DNA of 64,000 nt from the NCBI GenBank assembly GCA_965243025.1, contig CBDETY010000003.1, positions 4,128,001 to 4,192,000 on the forward strand. Direction: 5' to 3'. Positions 8,614-20,400 of the stretch are shown here, in pieces. This DNA comes from Candidatus Latescibacterota bacterium (GTDB lineage Bacteria; Latescibacterota; UBA2968; UBA8231). The notes beneath the pieces were generated by a model that saw nothing but the letters and a program-made list of their open reading frames with translations, was not told the DNA's origin and did no database searches. The position numbers and the translations under genes are program-made. Within the stretch, counting starts at the first letter, position 1. Each line of letters starts with the position of its first letter.

Positions 8614-8928
8614 CAGATTGTCGGCCAGGGGGCTCTCCATCCGCTCCGGGTGGAACTGGACCCCGATGACGCGGCCGTCGGCTGTCTCGATCGACTCGAT
8701 CAGCCCGTCCGGGCTTCGCGAGCTCACCCGCAGTCCCGCACCCACCTCGGCGAGCGCCTGAATGTGGAAGCTGTTCACCAGGGGGCTCTCGTCGCCGCCG
8801 CACAGCTCCCGCAGCCTGGTCCCCGGCTCAACCTCGATCCGGTGCTCGACCTGCTGCCCCCGGGTCCGTTTGGGCGAATGCGGCCGCGCCCGCAGCTCCT
8901 TCTCGGCGTCGCCGCAGATGGTGCCGCC
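8581..8928 (-). pseudogene. C-terminal half of gamma-glutamyl-gamma-aminobutyrate hydrolase-like protein (peptidase C26), split by IS630
   Basis: GGTI...VNSFHIQAL...DGLIESIE...GVQFHPE (catalytic His-Glu); joins in frame to 10099-10446 when the IS is removed. Confidence 0.9.
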
Positions 8929-8930
8929 TA

Positions 8931-10098
8931 GTGTCCTGTCGTGTAAGTAACTGTACAAACAATTGAAGGTGCCGTAGGTTTCTCTTGATCCTCTTTCTGA
9001 AAGGAGAGACCTATGGTGACGGGGCGTCCATTAACGCCGTTAGAGCTGAGTCCGTCGGACCGGGAACGATTGGAATCGATGGCCAAATCACGGAGCCTTT
9101 CCCACGGGTTGGTGCGGCGAGCCGAGATTATTCTGCTGGCCGCCGAAGGCTGGCCCAATGAAGCCGTCGCGGCCGCGGTGGGTGTGACGCGTGCTACGGT
9201 CGGCAAGTGGCGCCGGCGCTTTCTCGAAAACGGGCTCCAAGGCTTGTATGATGAGCTGCGCTCAGGGGCGCCGCGATCGATCACGGACGAGCAGGTAGCC
9301 GAGGTGGTATACAAGACCCTGAAGACCAAGCCCAAAGACCAAACCCAGTGGTCGCTGCGCTCCATGGGCGAGGAAACCGGCCTGACCAAGGATGCCGTTC
9401 ATCGCATTTGGCGCACGTATGGTTTGCAGCCCCACCGACACAAGCACTTCAAGCTTTCCACCGATCCTTTCTTTGTCGACAAAGTACGGGATATCGTCGG
9501 CTTATACCTGAATCCCCCCGAGCACGCCATGGTGCTGTGCGTGGACGAGAAGAGCCAGATCCAGGCGTTGGAACGAAGTCAGCCCATGCTGCCCCTGGGA
9601 CTGGGATACGTGGAAGGGGTAACGCACGACTACAAGCGGCATGGCACCACCACCCTGTTCGCCGCACTGGACATCGCCACCGGCGCCGTGATGACCCAGT
9701 GCAAGTCTCGTCATCGTCACCAGGAGTTCCTCCAGTTCCTGCGCCACATTGAGGCCAACGTCCCCGCTGACCTGGATATTCATCTTGTCGTCGACAACTA
9801 CGCCACGCATAAGCATGCCAAGGTCAAGCGATGGCTGGCACGGCGGCCTCGATTTCACGTTCACTACACCCCCACCTATGCTTCGTGGCTCAACCAAGTG
9901 GAGATTTGGTTCAGCATCATTACCCGCCAAGCTCTTCGCCGGGACTCGTTCCGTAAGGTGTCAGAGCTCATCGGGCGGATCGAACGCTACACGGCCAAAT
10001 GGAACGCCAACGCACACCCGTTCGTCTGGACGGCTACGGCCGATTCCATCCTTGCGAAAATCAAGAGACTTTGCGAACGAATCTCTGCGACACAACAC
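8931..10098 (+). mobile_element. IS630-family insertion sequence, 1168 bp, TA target duplication
   Basis: TA at 8929-8930 and 10099-10100 within a CTAG target; imperfect terminal IRs GTGTCCTGTCG / GTGTTGTGTCG; visibly lower GC than the flanks. Confidence 0.95.
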
Positions 10099-10101
10099 TA
10101 G
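9013..10101 (+). CDS. IS630 transposase
   Basis: N-terminal HTH; DDE triad in [29 protein letters not shown]; SD AAGGAG; the TAG stop uses the duplicated TA. Confidence 0.96.
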   Translation: MVTGRPLTPLELSPSDRERLESMAKSRSLSHGLVRRAEIILLAAEGWPNEAVAAAVGVTRATVGKWRRRFLENGLQGLYDELRSGAPRSITDEQVAEVVYKTLKTKPKDQTQWSLRSMGEETGLTKDAVHRIWRTYGLQPHRHKHFKLSTDPFFVDKVRDIVGLYLNPPEHAMVLCVDEKSQIQALERSQPMLPLGLGYVEGVTHDYKRHGTTTLFAALDIATGAVMTQCKSRHRHQEFLQFLRHIEANVPADLDIHLVVDNYATHKHAKVKRWLARRPRFHVHYTPTYASWLNQVEIWFSIITRQALRRDSFRKVSELIGRIERYTAKWNANAHPFVWTATADSILAKIKRLCERISATQH

Positions 10102-10446
10102 ATGGGCGTTTATCAACTGCATGCCGAAGCAGATGCCGAGCACCGGGCGCTCCGTCGTCAGGAACGCCTCCAGGGCCCGGCGATCCCGCCGGGTGCGCTC
10201 GGGGGATTCCTCGGGCAGGTCCTCCGGCAGCTTTCCGGTGAGCCCTTCCACGATCCCGTTCCCCCCGGTGATGACGAGGCCGTCGAGAGCGGCGACCGCC
10301 GGCTGCAGCGCCTCCTCCGGGACGGCCGGCAGCAGCACCGGGGCGCCCCCGGCCCAGACCACGGCATCGACGTAGCCCCGGTCGACCTGCTGGGCGGCGG
10401 ACTCGCGGTCGTAGGAGGCGGTGATGCCGATGAGGGGGCGTGCCAC
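10099..10446 (-). pseudogene. N-terminal half of peptidase C26 / class I glutamine amidotransferase, split by IS630
   Basis: RPLIGIT, AGGAPVLLP, LDGLVITGG, PVLGICFGMQLIN (catalytic Cys); GTG start 7 nt after the upstream stop. Confidence 0.9.
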
Positions 10447-10453
10447 CGGGAGC

Positions 10454-11755
10454 TCAGGTGCCGGCGTGCAGGCGGGCGAAGACGATGGCGTCGTCGAGAA
10501 CCGACAGGGCGGCGAAGGTGCGGATGTCGGTGCGGCTTGGATCGAGGTTCGCGATCGCTTTCGCGAAGAACTTCTCCTGGCGCTCGTTGCCCGGCGAGTA
10601 CTCCGTCAGGCGCTCGTTGTGCGCGGCGATTTCCGCGTCGCCCAGGTCGAGACGGCTGCCGAGCCAGGCGGCGAACCCCTCGTCGGTGGGGTGCTCTTTC
10701 GCGGCGCCCACCACCTCTTCCTGGGTGAGGCCGAGAAGCTCCATCACCCAGCGGTCGAACCCGGAGTCGTCGCCGAAGTAGTACAGCCCGAGGTGGCCCC
10801 TGGCGAATGCCCGGGCCTTGTCGAGCATGCGCGTCACGCCCATGACCCCGCCGATGCCGCGGTCGTAGGGACTGCGCGGCGGCCGCCGGGTGAGGTCGAC
10901 GATGCCGAAACTCTGCTGGTCGTCGATGTCGATCAGGTCGAAGAAGGTCTCGACGTCGAGCCGGTCCGGGCAGATCTCCCCGCGGCGCCTGACGAACCGC
11001 TTGCCCAGCACCGGAGTGCGAATCCCCATGTCGCACAGCTCCCCGTTCAGCATGGAAACCGTCCCCTTCGACACCTCGCAGCGCGCCGCGATCCAGTCGC
11101 TGAGCTCGTCGTCGTTCGGGTTCCCGTACGCCCCTTCCGCGAACTCCTCCTCGGAGATGTCGAGGGTCTCGAGAATGCGGTGGTCGAGGGGGGAGACGTG
11201 GCCGTAGCGGTACTCGCCGGGCTTGCCCGACTTGACGGCACGGGCCTTGTCGGCCAGGCGCGCGGCCCCGGCGATGCCGGCGACGCTGCGCAGATAGGGG
11301 GTGCGCGGCGGCCCCGCGGTCAGGTCCATGTCGCGAAAGGCCCCCCAGTCGTCGAGCTCGATCGACTGGAACACCGTGGTGATGTCGGTGTTTCCCGGGG
11401 CGTACCTGGCGATCCTTTCGACCAGCAGGCGCTCGTGCAGCTCGTCCTGCGGCGTCTGCTCCAGGCGGAAGCGGTTGAACTCGTCGATCTCCCCGGCGCT
11501 GCGGCCGGCCTTCCGCAGAACCAGCTCTCCGAGGGCGGCGTCGTCGAGCTCGACGGCCCGCTCGATGAACTCCTCCGCCGCCATGCCGATGAACTCGAGG
11601 ACGTCCCGGTCGAGGCCGGAGTCGCTGCCGTACTTGTACTCGCCGAGCAGTTCCTCCCCGGCGGCGCGCGCCTTGTCCGTCATGCGCGCCGCGCCGACGA
11701 TGCCGGCCAAGCCGAGGTTGGAGGGCCGCCGCGGCGGCTGTCTGGTAAGGTTCAT
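10454..11755 (-). CDS. Protein of three tandem DUF5069-like domains
   Basis: Three ~140-aa repeats: (D/N)LTxxPPRxP...GxxRxxDKARA...GxYx(Y/F)GxxSxxD...DD; SD AGGAG. Confidence 0.8.
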   Translation of the reverse strand: MNLTRQPPRRPSNLGLAGIVGAARMTDKARAAGEELLGEYKYGSDSGLDRDVLEFIGMAAEEFIERAVELDDAALGELVLRKAGRSAGEIDEFNRFRLEQTPQDELHERLLVERIARYAPGNTDITTVFQSIELDDWGAFRDMDLTAGPPRTPYLRSVAGIAGAARLADKARAVKSGKPGEYRYGHVSPLDHRILETLDISEEEFAEGAYGNPNDDELSDWIAARCEVSKGTVSMLNGELCDMGIRTPVLGKRFVRRRGEICPDRLDVETFFDLIDIDDQQSFGIVDLTRRPPRSPYDRGIGGVMGVTRMLDKARAFARGHLGLYYFGDDSGFDRWVMELLGLTQEEVVGAAKEHPTDEGFAAWLGSRLDLGDAEIAAHNERLTEYSPGNERQEKFFAKAIANLDPSRTDIRTFAALSVLDDAIVFARLHAGT

Positions 11756-11943
11756 TCTGGTTCTCCTGTGTCGTTGTCTGAGTGGGGGAGGCTAAGAAAC
11801 GGGGGGCCGCGCGCAGCGACAAGGGAACGGCCGGCCCCCGGGTAGTTTGCCCGCCCGCGAGGGCGGGGCGTACCATTCGAACCTTCCGCCGCCGAGGCGG
11901 CAACCACCAAAGACAGTGCATTCATGGAGCACGGAGACGATCG

Positions 11944-12723
11944 ATGAGCCTGATGACGGAGTACCCCCCGGGAACCTTCAACTGGACCGAGCTGTCGACG
12001 ACGGACACCGACGGCGCCACCAGGTTCTACGCCGACCTGTTCGGCTGGAGCTTCGAGGAGATGCCTATGCCGGGGGAGGGCAACTCCTACCACGTGGCCA
12101 GCAGCGGCGAGCACCGGGTGGCCGGCGTATTCCACCGGGAAGACCTGCCGAAGATTCCGTTCTGGCACAGCTACGTCGCCGTCGCCAGCGCCGACGAGTG
12201 CGCGCAGAAGGCGGCCGGCCTCGGGGGCAGCGTGCTCGTCGAGCCGTTCGACGTCGGCGAAGCGGGCCGCATGGCGGTCGTCCAGGATCCCACCGGCGGC
12301 ATCTTCCAGCCCTGGCAGGCGGGACTGCAGACCGGCGCCGGGATCGCCAACGAGCCGGTCTCCCTGTGCTGGAACGAACTGCTGACCAGGGATCCGGAGG
12401 GGGCGGCGAAGTTCTACTGCGACCTGTTCGGCTGGACCGCCGAGATGACGCACAACGGCATCGTCCCCTACACCATGCTGCGCAACCAGGGCCGGGCGGC
12501 CGCCGGCATCTTCACCATCACCGGGGAGATGGAGAACGTTCCCCCGCACTGGGCGGTCTACTTTTTCGTTGCCGACGTCGACGCCACTGCTGGGAAGGCA
12601 ACGGAAACGGGCGGAGAGGTCCACCACGGACCTGCGGACATACCGGACGTCGGGCGCTTCGCCCTGCTCACCGATCCGCAGGGAGCCTTCTTCAACGTCA
12701 TCAGGATTCTCAACCCGGATTGA
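11944..12723 (+). CDS. Two-domain VOC/glyoxalase family protein (CFP32-like)
   Basis: YPPGTFNWTELSTTD...FYADLFGW, GRMAVVQDPTG; second module WNELLTRD...GRFALLTDPQGA. Confidence 0.9.
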   Translation: MSLMTEYPPGTFNWTELSTTDTDGATRFYADLFGWSFEEMPMPGEGNSYHVASSGEHRVAGVFHREDLPKIPFWHSYVAVASADECAQKAAGLGGSVLVEPFDVGEAGRMAVVQDPTGGIFQPWQAGLQTGAGIANEPVSLCWNELLTRDPEGAAKFYCDLFGWTAEMTHNGIVPYTMLRNQGRAAAGIFTITGEMENVPPHWAVYFFVADVDATAGKATETGGEVHHGPADIPDVGRFALLTDPQGAFFNVIRILNPD

Positions 12724-12754
12724 GACGCCGGCGCGCCGCTGCCGCCTGGCCATC

Positions 12755-13564
12755 ATGCCTGAGCTGCCCGAAGTAGAGACCGTGCGCCGGGCCATGGAGG
12801 TCCACCTCGTCGGCCGCCGCATCGAGAGCGTCTGGTGCAGCGGAAAGCGGATGCGAGAGCCGCTGCCCCGCCGCCGCCTCGGGCGCCTGGTCGGCCGCCG
12901 CTTCGCCGCCGCGGAGCGCCGCGCCAAGTACCTGCTGCTCCCCCTCGACCGCGAAGCGACCCTCGTCATCCACCTCGGAATGACCGGCAACCTCCTCTTC
13001 CGCGGCGACCGGCAGCCCCACGACCACGTCGCCTTCGGGCTCGACCGCGGGCCGCCGCTGGTCTTCGCCGATCCCCGCCGTTTCGGCATGCTGCTCGCCC
13101 TCGGCCCGCGCGAGCTGGAACGCTGCCGCTACCTCGACGAGCTCGGCATCGAGCCGCTGGGGGGCGAGCTCGACGGGGAGTTCCTGTACGGGCACTGCCG
13201 GGGCCGGGCGCGCCCGGTCAAGTCGCTGCTTCTCGACAGCCGGGTAGTCGCCGGGATCGGCAACATCTACGCGAGCGAGGCTCTCTTCAGGGCGGGGATC
13301 CGGCCGTCGACCCGCTGCCACCGCCTCAGCCGCCGGCGCTGCGCCCTGCTGGCGGAGAAGATCGTCGAAGTGCTGAGCGAGGCGGTGGCCCAGGGGGGAA
13401 CGACGATCAGCGACTATCTCGGGTCGGGAGCGGGGGGCCGCTTCCAGCAGCGGCTCGCCGTGTACGGCCGCGCCGGTGACGACTGTCTCGTCTGCGAAGG
13501 CCCGGTCCGCAGCGTCACCCTGGCGGGGCGCAGCAGCTTCTACTGCCCTTCCTGCCAGAAATGA
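12755..13564 (+). CDS. mutM: Formamidopyrimidine-DNA glycosylase
   Basis: MPELPEVET start, RRAKYL, HLGMTG, DPRRFG, GIGNIYASE, zinc finger CLVC...CPSCQ. Confidence 0.96.
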   Translation: MPELPEVETVRRAMEVHLVGRRIESVWCSGKRMREPLPRRRLGRLVGRRFAAAERRAKYLLLPLDREATLVIHLGMTGNLLFRGDRQPHDHVAFGLDRGPPLVFADPRRFGMLLALGPRELERCRYLDELGIEPLGGELDGEFLYGHCRGRARPVKSLLLDSRVVAGIGNIYASEALFRAGIRPSTRCHRLSRRRCALLAEKIVEVLSEAVAQGGTTISDYLGSGAGGRFQQRLAVYGRAGDDCLVCEGPVRSVTLAGRSSFYCPSCQK

Positions 13565-13594
13565 AAAACCGCCGGTCCTGCGAGGAACCGGCGG
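13564..13594 (-). terminator. Intrinsic terminator between convergent mutM and clpP
   Basis: Stem CCGCCGGT / ACCGGCGG followed on the minus strand by T5. Confidence 0.7.
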
Positions 13595-13618
13595 CGGATT
13601 TCCGAATTCCGGAGAAGA

Positions 13619-14221
13619 TTACCTGCCGTTCGGAGCCGGAAGCGAGGTCGAGGAGACGATCTCGTCGACGAGGCCGTAGGCGACAGCCTCTTCGGCGGAC
13701 ATGAAGTAGTCGCGGTCGGTGTCGGCGGCGATCTTGTCGACGTCCTGCCCGGTGCGGTCCGCCAGCAGGCGGTTGAGCTCCGACCGCATGCGGATGATCT
13801 CCTTGGCGTGGATGTCGAGATCGGTGGCGCGCGCGGTAATCGTGCCCATGACGCTCGGCTGGTGGATCATGATGCGCGCGTGGGGCCAGGTGAAGCGCCG
13901 GCCCTTCTGGCCGCTGGCGAGCAGCACCGCCCCCATGCTCGCCGCCAGGCCGGTGCAGACGGTCGAAACCGGTGCGGTGATCGCCTGCATTGCGTCGTAG
14001 ATCGCCATGCCGTCGTGGACGGACCCGCCGGGGCTGTTGATGTAGAGGACGATCTCCTTTTCGGGATCCTCCGAGTCGAGGGACAGCAGGCGCGTCACCA
14101 CCCCCCTGGCGGAATCGTCGTCGACGCTCGACCACAGGAAGATGCGCCGCGCCTTGAGCAGGGAATGCTCAATGCTCCTCTCCTCGAGGTTCCTGATCAG
14201 CTCCGACTCCTGCTCGGCCAT
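13619..14221 (-). CDS. clpP: ATP-dependent Clp protease proteolytic subunit
   Basis: [16 protein letters not shown] (Ser), IMIHQP (His), [13 protein letters not shown]; ATG 14221 with SD GGAGAAGGGG. Confidence 0.95.
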   Translation of the reverse strand: MAEQESELIRNLEERSIEHSLLKARRIFLWSSVDDDSARGVVTRLLSLDSEDPEKEIVLYINSPGGSVHDGMAIYDAMQAITAPVSTVCTGLAASMGAVLLASGQKGRRFTWPHARIMIHQPSVMGTITARATDLDIHAKEIIRMRSELNRLLADRTGQDVDKIAADTDRDYFMSAEEAVAYGLVDEIVSSTSLPAPNGR

Positions 14222-14298
14222 CCCCTTCTCCTTGCCTTGTTCCGGAATGCTGGTTGCCGCCGTGGATTCGTCGAATCTAGCCGGGGGCCGTACCATCG

Positions 14299-17200
14299 TC
14301 AATTCGGTCCGGCCCTGTCCGGCCCGGAGTCGCCCCCCTTCCCCGCTTCGGGGGTGCCCGCCGAAAAGGCCACGGCCCGGAGCAGCCGCCGCAGGTCGTC
14401 GAAGAAGGTGTAGCACAGCGGCACGATCAGCAGGGTCAGCACCATCGACGCCAGCAGTCCCCCCATCATCGTCCTGCCGAGGGGCGCGTACGGCATGCCG
14501 ATTATCTCGGCGTTGCCTACCGCCATCGGAATCAGTCCGAACACGGTAGTGAAGGTCGTCATCAGGATCGGCCGGTAGCGGTGCCTTCCCGCCTCGACGA
14601 GGGCCTCGAAGCGATCCCTGCCCTCCGCCCGCAGGCGGTTGGCGAGATCGATCAGGACGATGGCGTTGTTGACCACCACGCCCACGAGAATCACGACGCC
14701 GATGCCGCACAGCACGTCGAACGCCGTGTCCGTGAGATAGAGGGTCCAGTAGACCCCGAGGAATGAGAACGGAATGGCGACGATCACCGACAGCGGCAGG
14801 ATGAACGACTCGAACAGCACCCCCATCAGCAGGAACACGAAGGTGACCGACAGCAACAGGGCGAACTGCCGCGAGGCGTCGGTCTCCTCGATGCGCTCGT
14901 AGCGGGCCCCCTTGTCCCAGCGGTAACCGCGCGGCATCTCGAACCCCTGCATGGCCTCGTCGATCTGCCCGAACAGCTCCCCGGATTCCTTCTTTGTCGC
15001 CGTCGCGGTCACGGTCAGCACGGTCTGCCTGTTCTCGCGCCGGATGCTTCCCAGCACCCTGTTGACCGACAGGGAGGCGAGCGACTCCAGCGGGATTTCC
15101 GCCCCCTCGTCCGAGTAGAAGGTGGTGTTGCGCAGCTGGTGCATCCCCTGACGGTCGACCTCCTCCAGCTGGAAGTGGACGTCGACTTCGCGGCCGTCCT
15201 CGGTGCGGAACCTCGTCAGGTCGTGGCCCCTCAGTGAGTAGGAGATGACCCCGGGGATCTGGCGCGGCTCGATTCCGTAGCGCTGCACCTGGCCCCGGTC
15301 GAGCCGCACTTCCAGCTCGGTGCTGCCGCGGTCGATGTCCGTCTGCACCGACAGCAGGCCGGGGATGCGCCGCAGCCGGCGCTCGACCTCTCCTGAAAGA
15401 CCGAGCAGGACCTCGGTGTCCTCGCCGTAGAGGTTGATGGCGACCGCCGCCTCGCCGCTGCCGCCGCGGCGCCAGTTGATCCGCATCCGCACCCCGGCCG
15501 GCAGGACGACCCGCTTCTTGATGTCCTCCACCATCTCCTCGTACTCGAGGTAAGGCGACTCCCGCCACCCGAGGGACTTCAGAAGGTTGTCCCAGGCGAC
15601 CTCGTACCAGGCGTTGTTCTCCTTCTCGTGAAGGATCATGTGGATGCGGCCCCGCGAGTTGCGCGACCAGGTCTCCAGGGCGCGGAAGTTGTACTTCGCC
15701 TTGTGGTTCATCAGGGTGTCCTCGACACTGGCGATGAACTTGTCCGCCTGTTTCAGGGTCTGCCCCTCCGGCATGTCGAACCCCAGCCACAGGTCGCTCC
15801 TGTGCTCGCTCGAGCGGTCGGTCCGCTTCATCCCCTCCATCGGGATCTGGATGGTCGCCAGCGCCGCCAGCACGAGGATGGTGCTCTCGATCCGGTGGCC
15901 GAGCACCCATCGCAGGCAGCGCACGTAGGCGTCGCGGCTGCGGGCGATCAGCCGCGAATCGCGGCGTTTCCCCCCGGTGGAGATGCGCAGCGCCGCCAGG
16001 GGAATGATGGCCAGGGCGATGAACAGGGAGGCCAGCAGCCCGACGATAACCGGCATTCCCAGCCGCAGCATGAAGAACGAGAACTCGATGCTGTCGCTCA
16101 TCAGGATCAGGGGCAGGAAGACCACCACGGTCGTCAGCGTCGCCATGGTCACCGCCAGGCCGACCTCTCCGGCCCCGGTGATGGATGCCTCCCGCGGCTC
16201 GACCCCCTCTTCCCGTTTGCGCTGGATGTTCTCGACGATGACGATGGCGTTGTCGACGACGAGGCCGAGGCTGAGCATCAGCCCCATCATCGTGATCAGG
16301 TTCAGGGTCCACCCGAGGAAGTAGATGGCGGTAATCGAGATCATCAGGGCCAGGGGAATCGCCAGGGTGATGATCAGGGTCATGCGCACGGCGCGCAGGA
16401 AAAGGAACAGCACCCCGGCCGCGAACAGCCCCCCCCAGAGCCCGGTGTTGCGCAGGTTCTCGACCGACTCGGTTATCTGCCGGCCCATGTCCCAGAAGAT
16501 CTCGTAGTCGAAGCCGCCCAGCCGGGGTCTGGCCTTGAGCTCCTCGAGCCTGGCGCGCACCGCCTCGGCGACCTCGACGGTGTTGGCCTCGGCTGCCTGC
16601 AGGACCTCGCAGCCGAGGGACTCGACGCCGTTGATGCGGTTGAACCAGGTCTTGGGACGCGGCACCAGGCCGACCGCGGCGATGTCCTGCAGCCGCAGTC
16701 CGTGCTCGGGATCGACGACGTGTTTGCGTATCTCCTCGACGCTCTCGAAGCGGGCAAGGGAGCGGACCAGCAGCTTTCTGCCCCCCTCGTGCACGTACCC
16801 GGCGGGCAGGGTGAAGTTGTGGGAGGCCAGCTGGGTGCCGACCCGGTAGAGGTCGACCCGGTGGCTCCTCACCTTCTCCTGGTCGGTGTAGATGAACACC
16901 TCCTTGCCCGGCCCCCCCCAGAGATCGACCTGCCCGACGCCGTCGATGCGCTGCAGCTCCGTGCGCAGATGTTTCTCCAGGAGCTCCTGCGGATCCCCGT
17001 AGTCCCCGTCGAGATAGATCCCCATCCACAGGATCGGCCAGTCGTCCGGATCCCAGTTCCGCAACCGGATATGGTCGACCTCGTCCGGCAGCTCGAGCAG
17101 CAGGCGGTCGGCGCGGTCGCGCAGCTGATTGTAGGCCTCCCGCATGTCGGTCCCCTGGCGGAAGCCGACGCTCGTCCAGCACCCGTTGCGCTCGCTCGAG

Positions 17201-17463
17201 GTGCGGATCCTCTGTATCCGCGGCACCGTCGCCAGGGCCTCCTCGACCTTGCGGGCGATCTTCTGCTCCACCTCGATCGGCCCGGCGTTCGGATAGTCGA
17301 TCCACATCCCCAGCCAGCGCTCCTCCAGACCCTGGGGGGCAAGGCTCAGGGGGGTGCGCACGTAGGCGATCGAGCCGACCACCAGCAGCGCCAGGAGGAT
17401 CATCGCCACCGTCACCGGCCGGGTGACGCTGAGCCGCGGGATCAGGTGCCGCGTCTCTTTCAT
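14299..17463 (-). CDS. RND efflux permease (AcrB/AcrD/AcrF family), subunit 2
   Basis: [45 protein letters not shown]. Confidence 0.94.
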   Translation of the reverse strand: MKETRHLIPRLSVTRPVTVAMILLALLVVGSIAYVRTPLSLAPQGLEERWLGMWIDYPNAGPIEVEQKIARKVEEALATVPRIQRIRTSSERNGCWTSVGFRQGTDMREAYNQLRDRADRLLLELPDEVDHIRLRNWDPDDWPILWMGIYLDGDYGDPQELLEKHLRTELQRIDGVGQVDLWGGPGKEVFIYTDQEKVRSHRVDLYRVGTQLASHNFTLPAGYVHEGGRKLLVRSLARFESVEEIRKHVVDPEHGLRLQDIAAVGLVPRPKTWFNRINGVESLGCEVLQAAEANTVEVAEAVRARLEELKARPRLGGFDYEIFWDMGRQITESVENLRNTGLWGGLFAAGVLFLFLRAVRMTLIITLAIPLALMISITAIYFLGWTLNLITMMGLMLSLGLVVDNAIVIVENIQRKREEGVEPREASITGAGEVGLAVTMATLTTVVVFLPLILMSDSIEFSFFMLRLGMPVIVGLLASLFIALAIIPLAALRISTGGKRRDSRLIARSRDAYVRCLRWVLGHRIESTILVLAALATIQIPMEGMKRTDRSSEHRSDLWLGFDMPEGQTLKQADKFIASVEDTLMNHKAKYNFRALETWSRNSRGRIHMILHEKENNAWYEVAWDNLLKSLGWRESPYLEYEEMVEDIKKRVVLPAGVRMRINWRRGGSGEAAVAINLYGEDTEVLLGLSGEVERRLRRIPGLLSVQTDIDRGSTELEVRLDRGQVQRYGIEPRQIPGVISYSLRGHDLTRFRTEDGREVDVHFQLEEVDRQGMHQLRNTTFYSDEGAEIPLESLASLSVNRVLGSIRRENRQTVLTVTATATKKESGELFGQIDEAMQGFEMPRGYRWDKGARYERIEETDASRQFALLLSVTFVFLLMGVLFESFILPLSVIVAIPFSFLGVYWTLYLTDTAFDVLCGIGVVILVGVVVNNAIVLIDLANRLRAEGRDRFEALVEAGRHRYRPILMTTFTTVFGLIPMAVGNAEIIGMPYAPLGRTMMGGLLASMVLTLLIVPLCYTFFDDLRRLLRAVAFSAGTPEAGKGGDSGPDRAGPN

Positions 17464-20400
17464 CTGCCCCTGTCGACGGCCGCGTAGACCGTCGGAATGA
17501 CCACGAGGGTGAGGAACGTCGAGCTCATCAGCCCGGCGATCACGGTGATCGCCATCGGGGTGCGGATCTCGGCGCCGTCGCCGAACCCCAGCGCCATCGG
17601 CGCCAGGCCGAGAACGGTGGTCAGGGTCGTCATCAGAATCGGGCGCAGGCGCACCGACCCGGCGCGCACGATGGCCTCGCCCTTCTCCATGCCGCCGCGC
17701 CGCAGGGTGTTGATGTAGTCGACCAGCACGATGGCGTTGTTGACGACGATTCCGGCCAGCATGATCATGCCGATGAAGACGACGACGCTCAGGGGGATCT
17801 GCTGCCAGACCAGGACTGCGACCACCCCGATCAGGGCCAGCGGCACCGTGAACATGATCACCAGCGGGTGCAGCAGCGATTCGAACTGGCTCGCCATGAC
17901 GACGTACACGAGGAAGAGGGCGAGGGCGAGGGCGAACAGCAGGCTGTCGAGGGAGGTCTCCATCTCCTGGTTCTGACCGCTGATCAGGAAGCCGAACCCG
18001 TCCGGAAAGGGATGGCTGCGCAGCGCCTGCTCGATGCTCCGGGAGGCCGAGCCCAGGTCGATCCCCTTCGTGTTGGCGGTGACCAGGGCGGCCCGCTGCT
18101 GATCGATGCGGCGGATTTCGCTCGGCCCCTCGGCGATCTCGATCGAGGCCACCGAGGCCAGCGCGATCGGCACCTCCCCTCCGGGATTGACCACCAGCCG
18201 CCTCAGCTCCTCGACGCTGAGACGGTCAGCTTCCCGCAGGCGCACCAGCACGTCGATGTTGCGCTCCCGCTCGCGGAAATCGGTCGCCACCCGGCCTCTC
18301 ACCTTGTTGCGCACCAGCTCGGCGACCTGGCGCAGGTCGAGTCCGTATTCGGCGAGGCGCTCGCGGTCGTACCTGATCTGCAGCTCCGGGTGCCCGGACT
18401 GCAGGGTCGACCTGACGTCGGCGAGGCCGGCCAGGCCGGCCATCAGGGTCTCCGTCTCCCGGCTCACCTGCCGCAGCTGCTGCAGGTCGTCGCCGTGAAC
18501 CTCGACCTCGACCGGGGTCTTGAAGCTGAACAGCGTCGGGAACGCGACCTCGATCTCCACCTCGGGGAGATCGGCCAGCTCGCGGCGCAGGCTGGCGATC
18601 AGCTCCTCCTCCTCAACCGGGGTCGCGCCCGGCACCATCTTCACGGTCAGCCTGGCGGTGTGCTCCCCCTCGTCCGCCCTCGACGACGCCGACCTGTCGG
18701 TGCCCACCGCGGTCGCCACCCGCTCGACCCCAGGCTGCTTGAGGGCGGCATCCTCGATCTCACGCACCACCTCCGCGGTCCGCCACAGGGGGGTGCCGAC
18801 CGGCAGCGCCACCTCGAGGTTGAACTCCCCCTGGTGGACCTGCGGAATCAGCTCGGTCCCCAGCCGCGGGACGAGCCCCGACCAGCAGAGCCAGAAGCAG
18901 GCCGCCGCCGCCGCGATCACGAGGTAGCGTTGGCGCAGCGCCGACTCCAGAAGCACCGGGTAAACCCGCAGCGCCAGGCCGATCGCCCGCCGGCACAGGA
19001 ACAGGATCGGCGCGAAGACCGGGGCGAGCAGAACGCCGGCGGCGGTCGCCGCGGCGAGAACGGCCAGCACGGCGAGCAGCAGCGCCACCTGCAGGAGGAT
19101 GCCGGCGGTGCGCAGCAGCGTGTGGAAGAGGAAGCGGACCAGCAGGAACAGGAAGGCCGCCGCCCCGGGGAGGGCGCGGGCAAAGCGCCGGAGAACGCGG
19201 CGGCCGGCGCTGCCCTCCGCCGTCCACATCCATCCCGACAGGCGGGCGGCGTCGGCGGCCAGGGCTCCCGGAGAATCGTACCCCAGCAGGTTCGGCCAGA
19301 TGCGCTCGAACGGCTGCCAGGGGCCGATGCGGCTCTCCCGGGCCCAGTCAGCGAACGATGCCTGCAGGGTGCGCTGCGGCCGGATCCGGAAAATCTCCGC
19401 CGGCTTCAGCAGGATCCAGAGCGCCTCGAAGAGCAGAACGGCCGCTCCCTTCAGGACCGCGGCAGCCAGGGCCCCGACAGCCAGCGGAATCCGCAGCGCC
19501 AGGTCGAGCAGCAGCTGCGGCAGGACCAGGGCCGCCTGCACCGCCCTCTCGCGCGGCGGGCCGCTCGCCGCCGCCGCGCGCGCCCGGGCGAACGCCGCCA
19601 GCCTCAGGAAGTCGCCGCCGGCGAGCGGGGAACCGTCTGCGCCCCCCTGCTGCAGGCGGCGCGACGCCAGCATCGGTATGAAGTAGAGGGCGGCCAGCAG
19701 CGAGGCGAGCAGGGAAAAGACCACGGTGAGCGCCATGTCGCCGAACACCTGCCCGGCGACCCCCTCGACGAAGACGATTGGGAAGAAGACGGCGATCGTC
19801 GTCAGGGTGGATGCGAAGACCGCGGCCCCGACCTCACCGGTGCCGCGGATCGTTGCCCGCACCAGGTCGTCCCCCTCCTCGCGGCAGCGGAAGATGCTCT
19901 CGAGGACGACGATCGAGTTGTCGACGAGCATCCCGATGCCGAGGGCCAGGCCCCCGAGGGACATGATGTTCATCGACACGTCGAACAGGTACATCGGCGC
20001 GAAGGTCGCCGCGATAGAGACCGGAATGGTGACGCCGACGATCAGCGTGTGCAGGACGTTCCTCAGAAACGCCAGCAGCACGAAGATCGCCAGGGCGCCG
20101 CCGATGAGGGCGCTCTTCCGCACCTCGTCGATGGCGTCGACGATGAACACCGACTGGTCCGACAGCACCTCGATCTCCATCTCCTCCGGCAGCAGGTGGC
20201 TGATGAAGTCCGTCATGCGCAGGTGCTCGAGGGTCTTCACCGCTTCGGCGCGCTTCTGCTCCCCGAGGTCCTCCTCCTTGTCCTGACCTCCCTCCCCGGT
20301 CCCTTTCGCTTCTTCCTCCTCCGCGGCGGCTGCTCCGCTTTCGACAGCGCTGGTGTCCGCCGCCGCCTCCCGGGCTCTCTCCTCCTCCTCCCGCAGGCGG

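Noticed and set aside
13619-17305. 1228-aa ORF as a giant ClpP fusion (likewise 48773-51556, 36565-38604, 54622-55815)
   Set aside because: Upstream parts are alternate frames of other genes; downstream starts at 14221, 50114, 37741 and 55296 fit the family N-termini.
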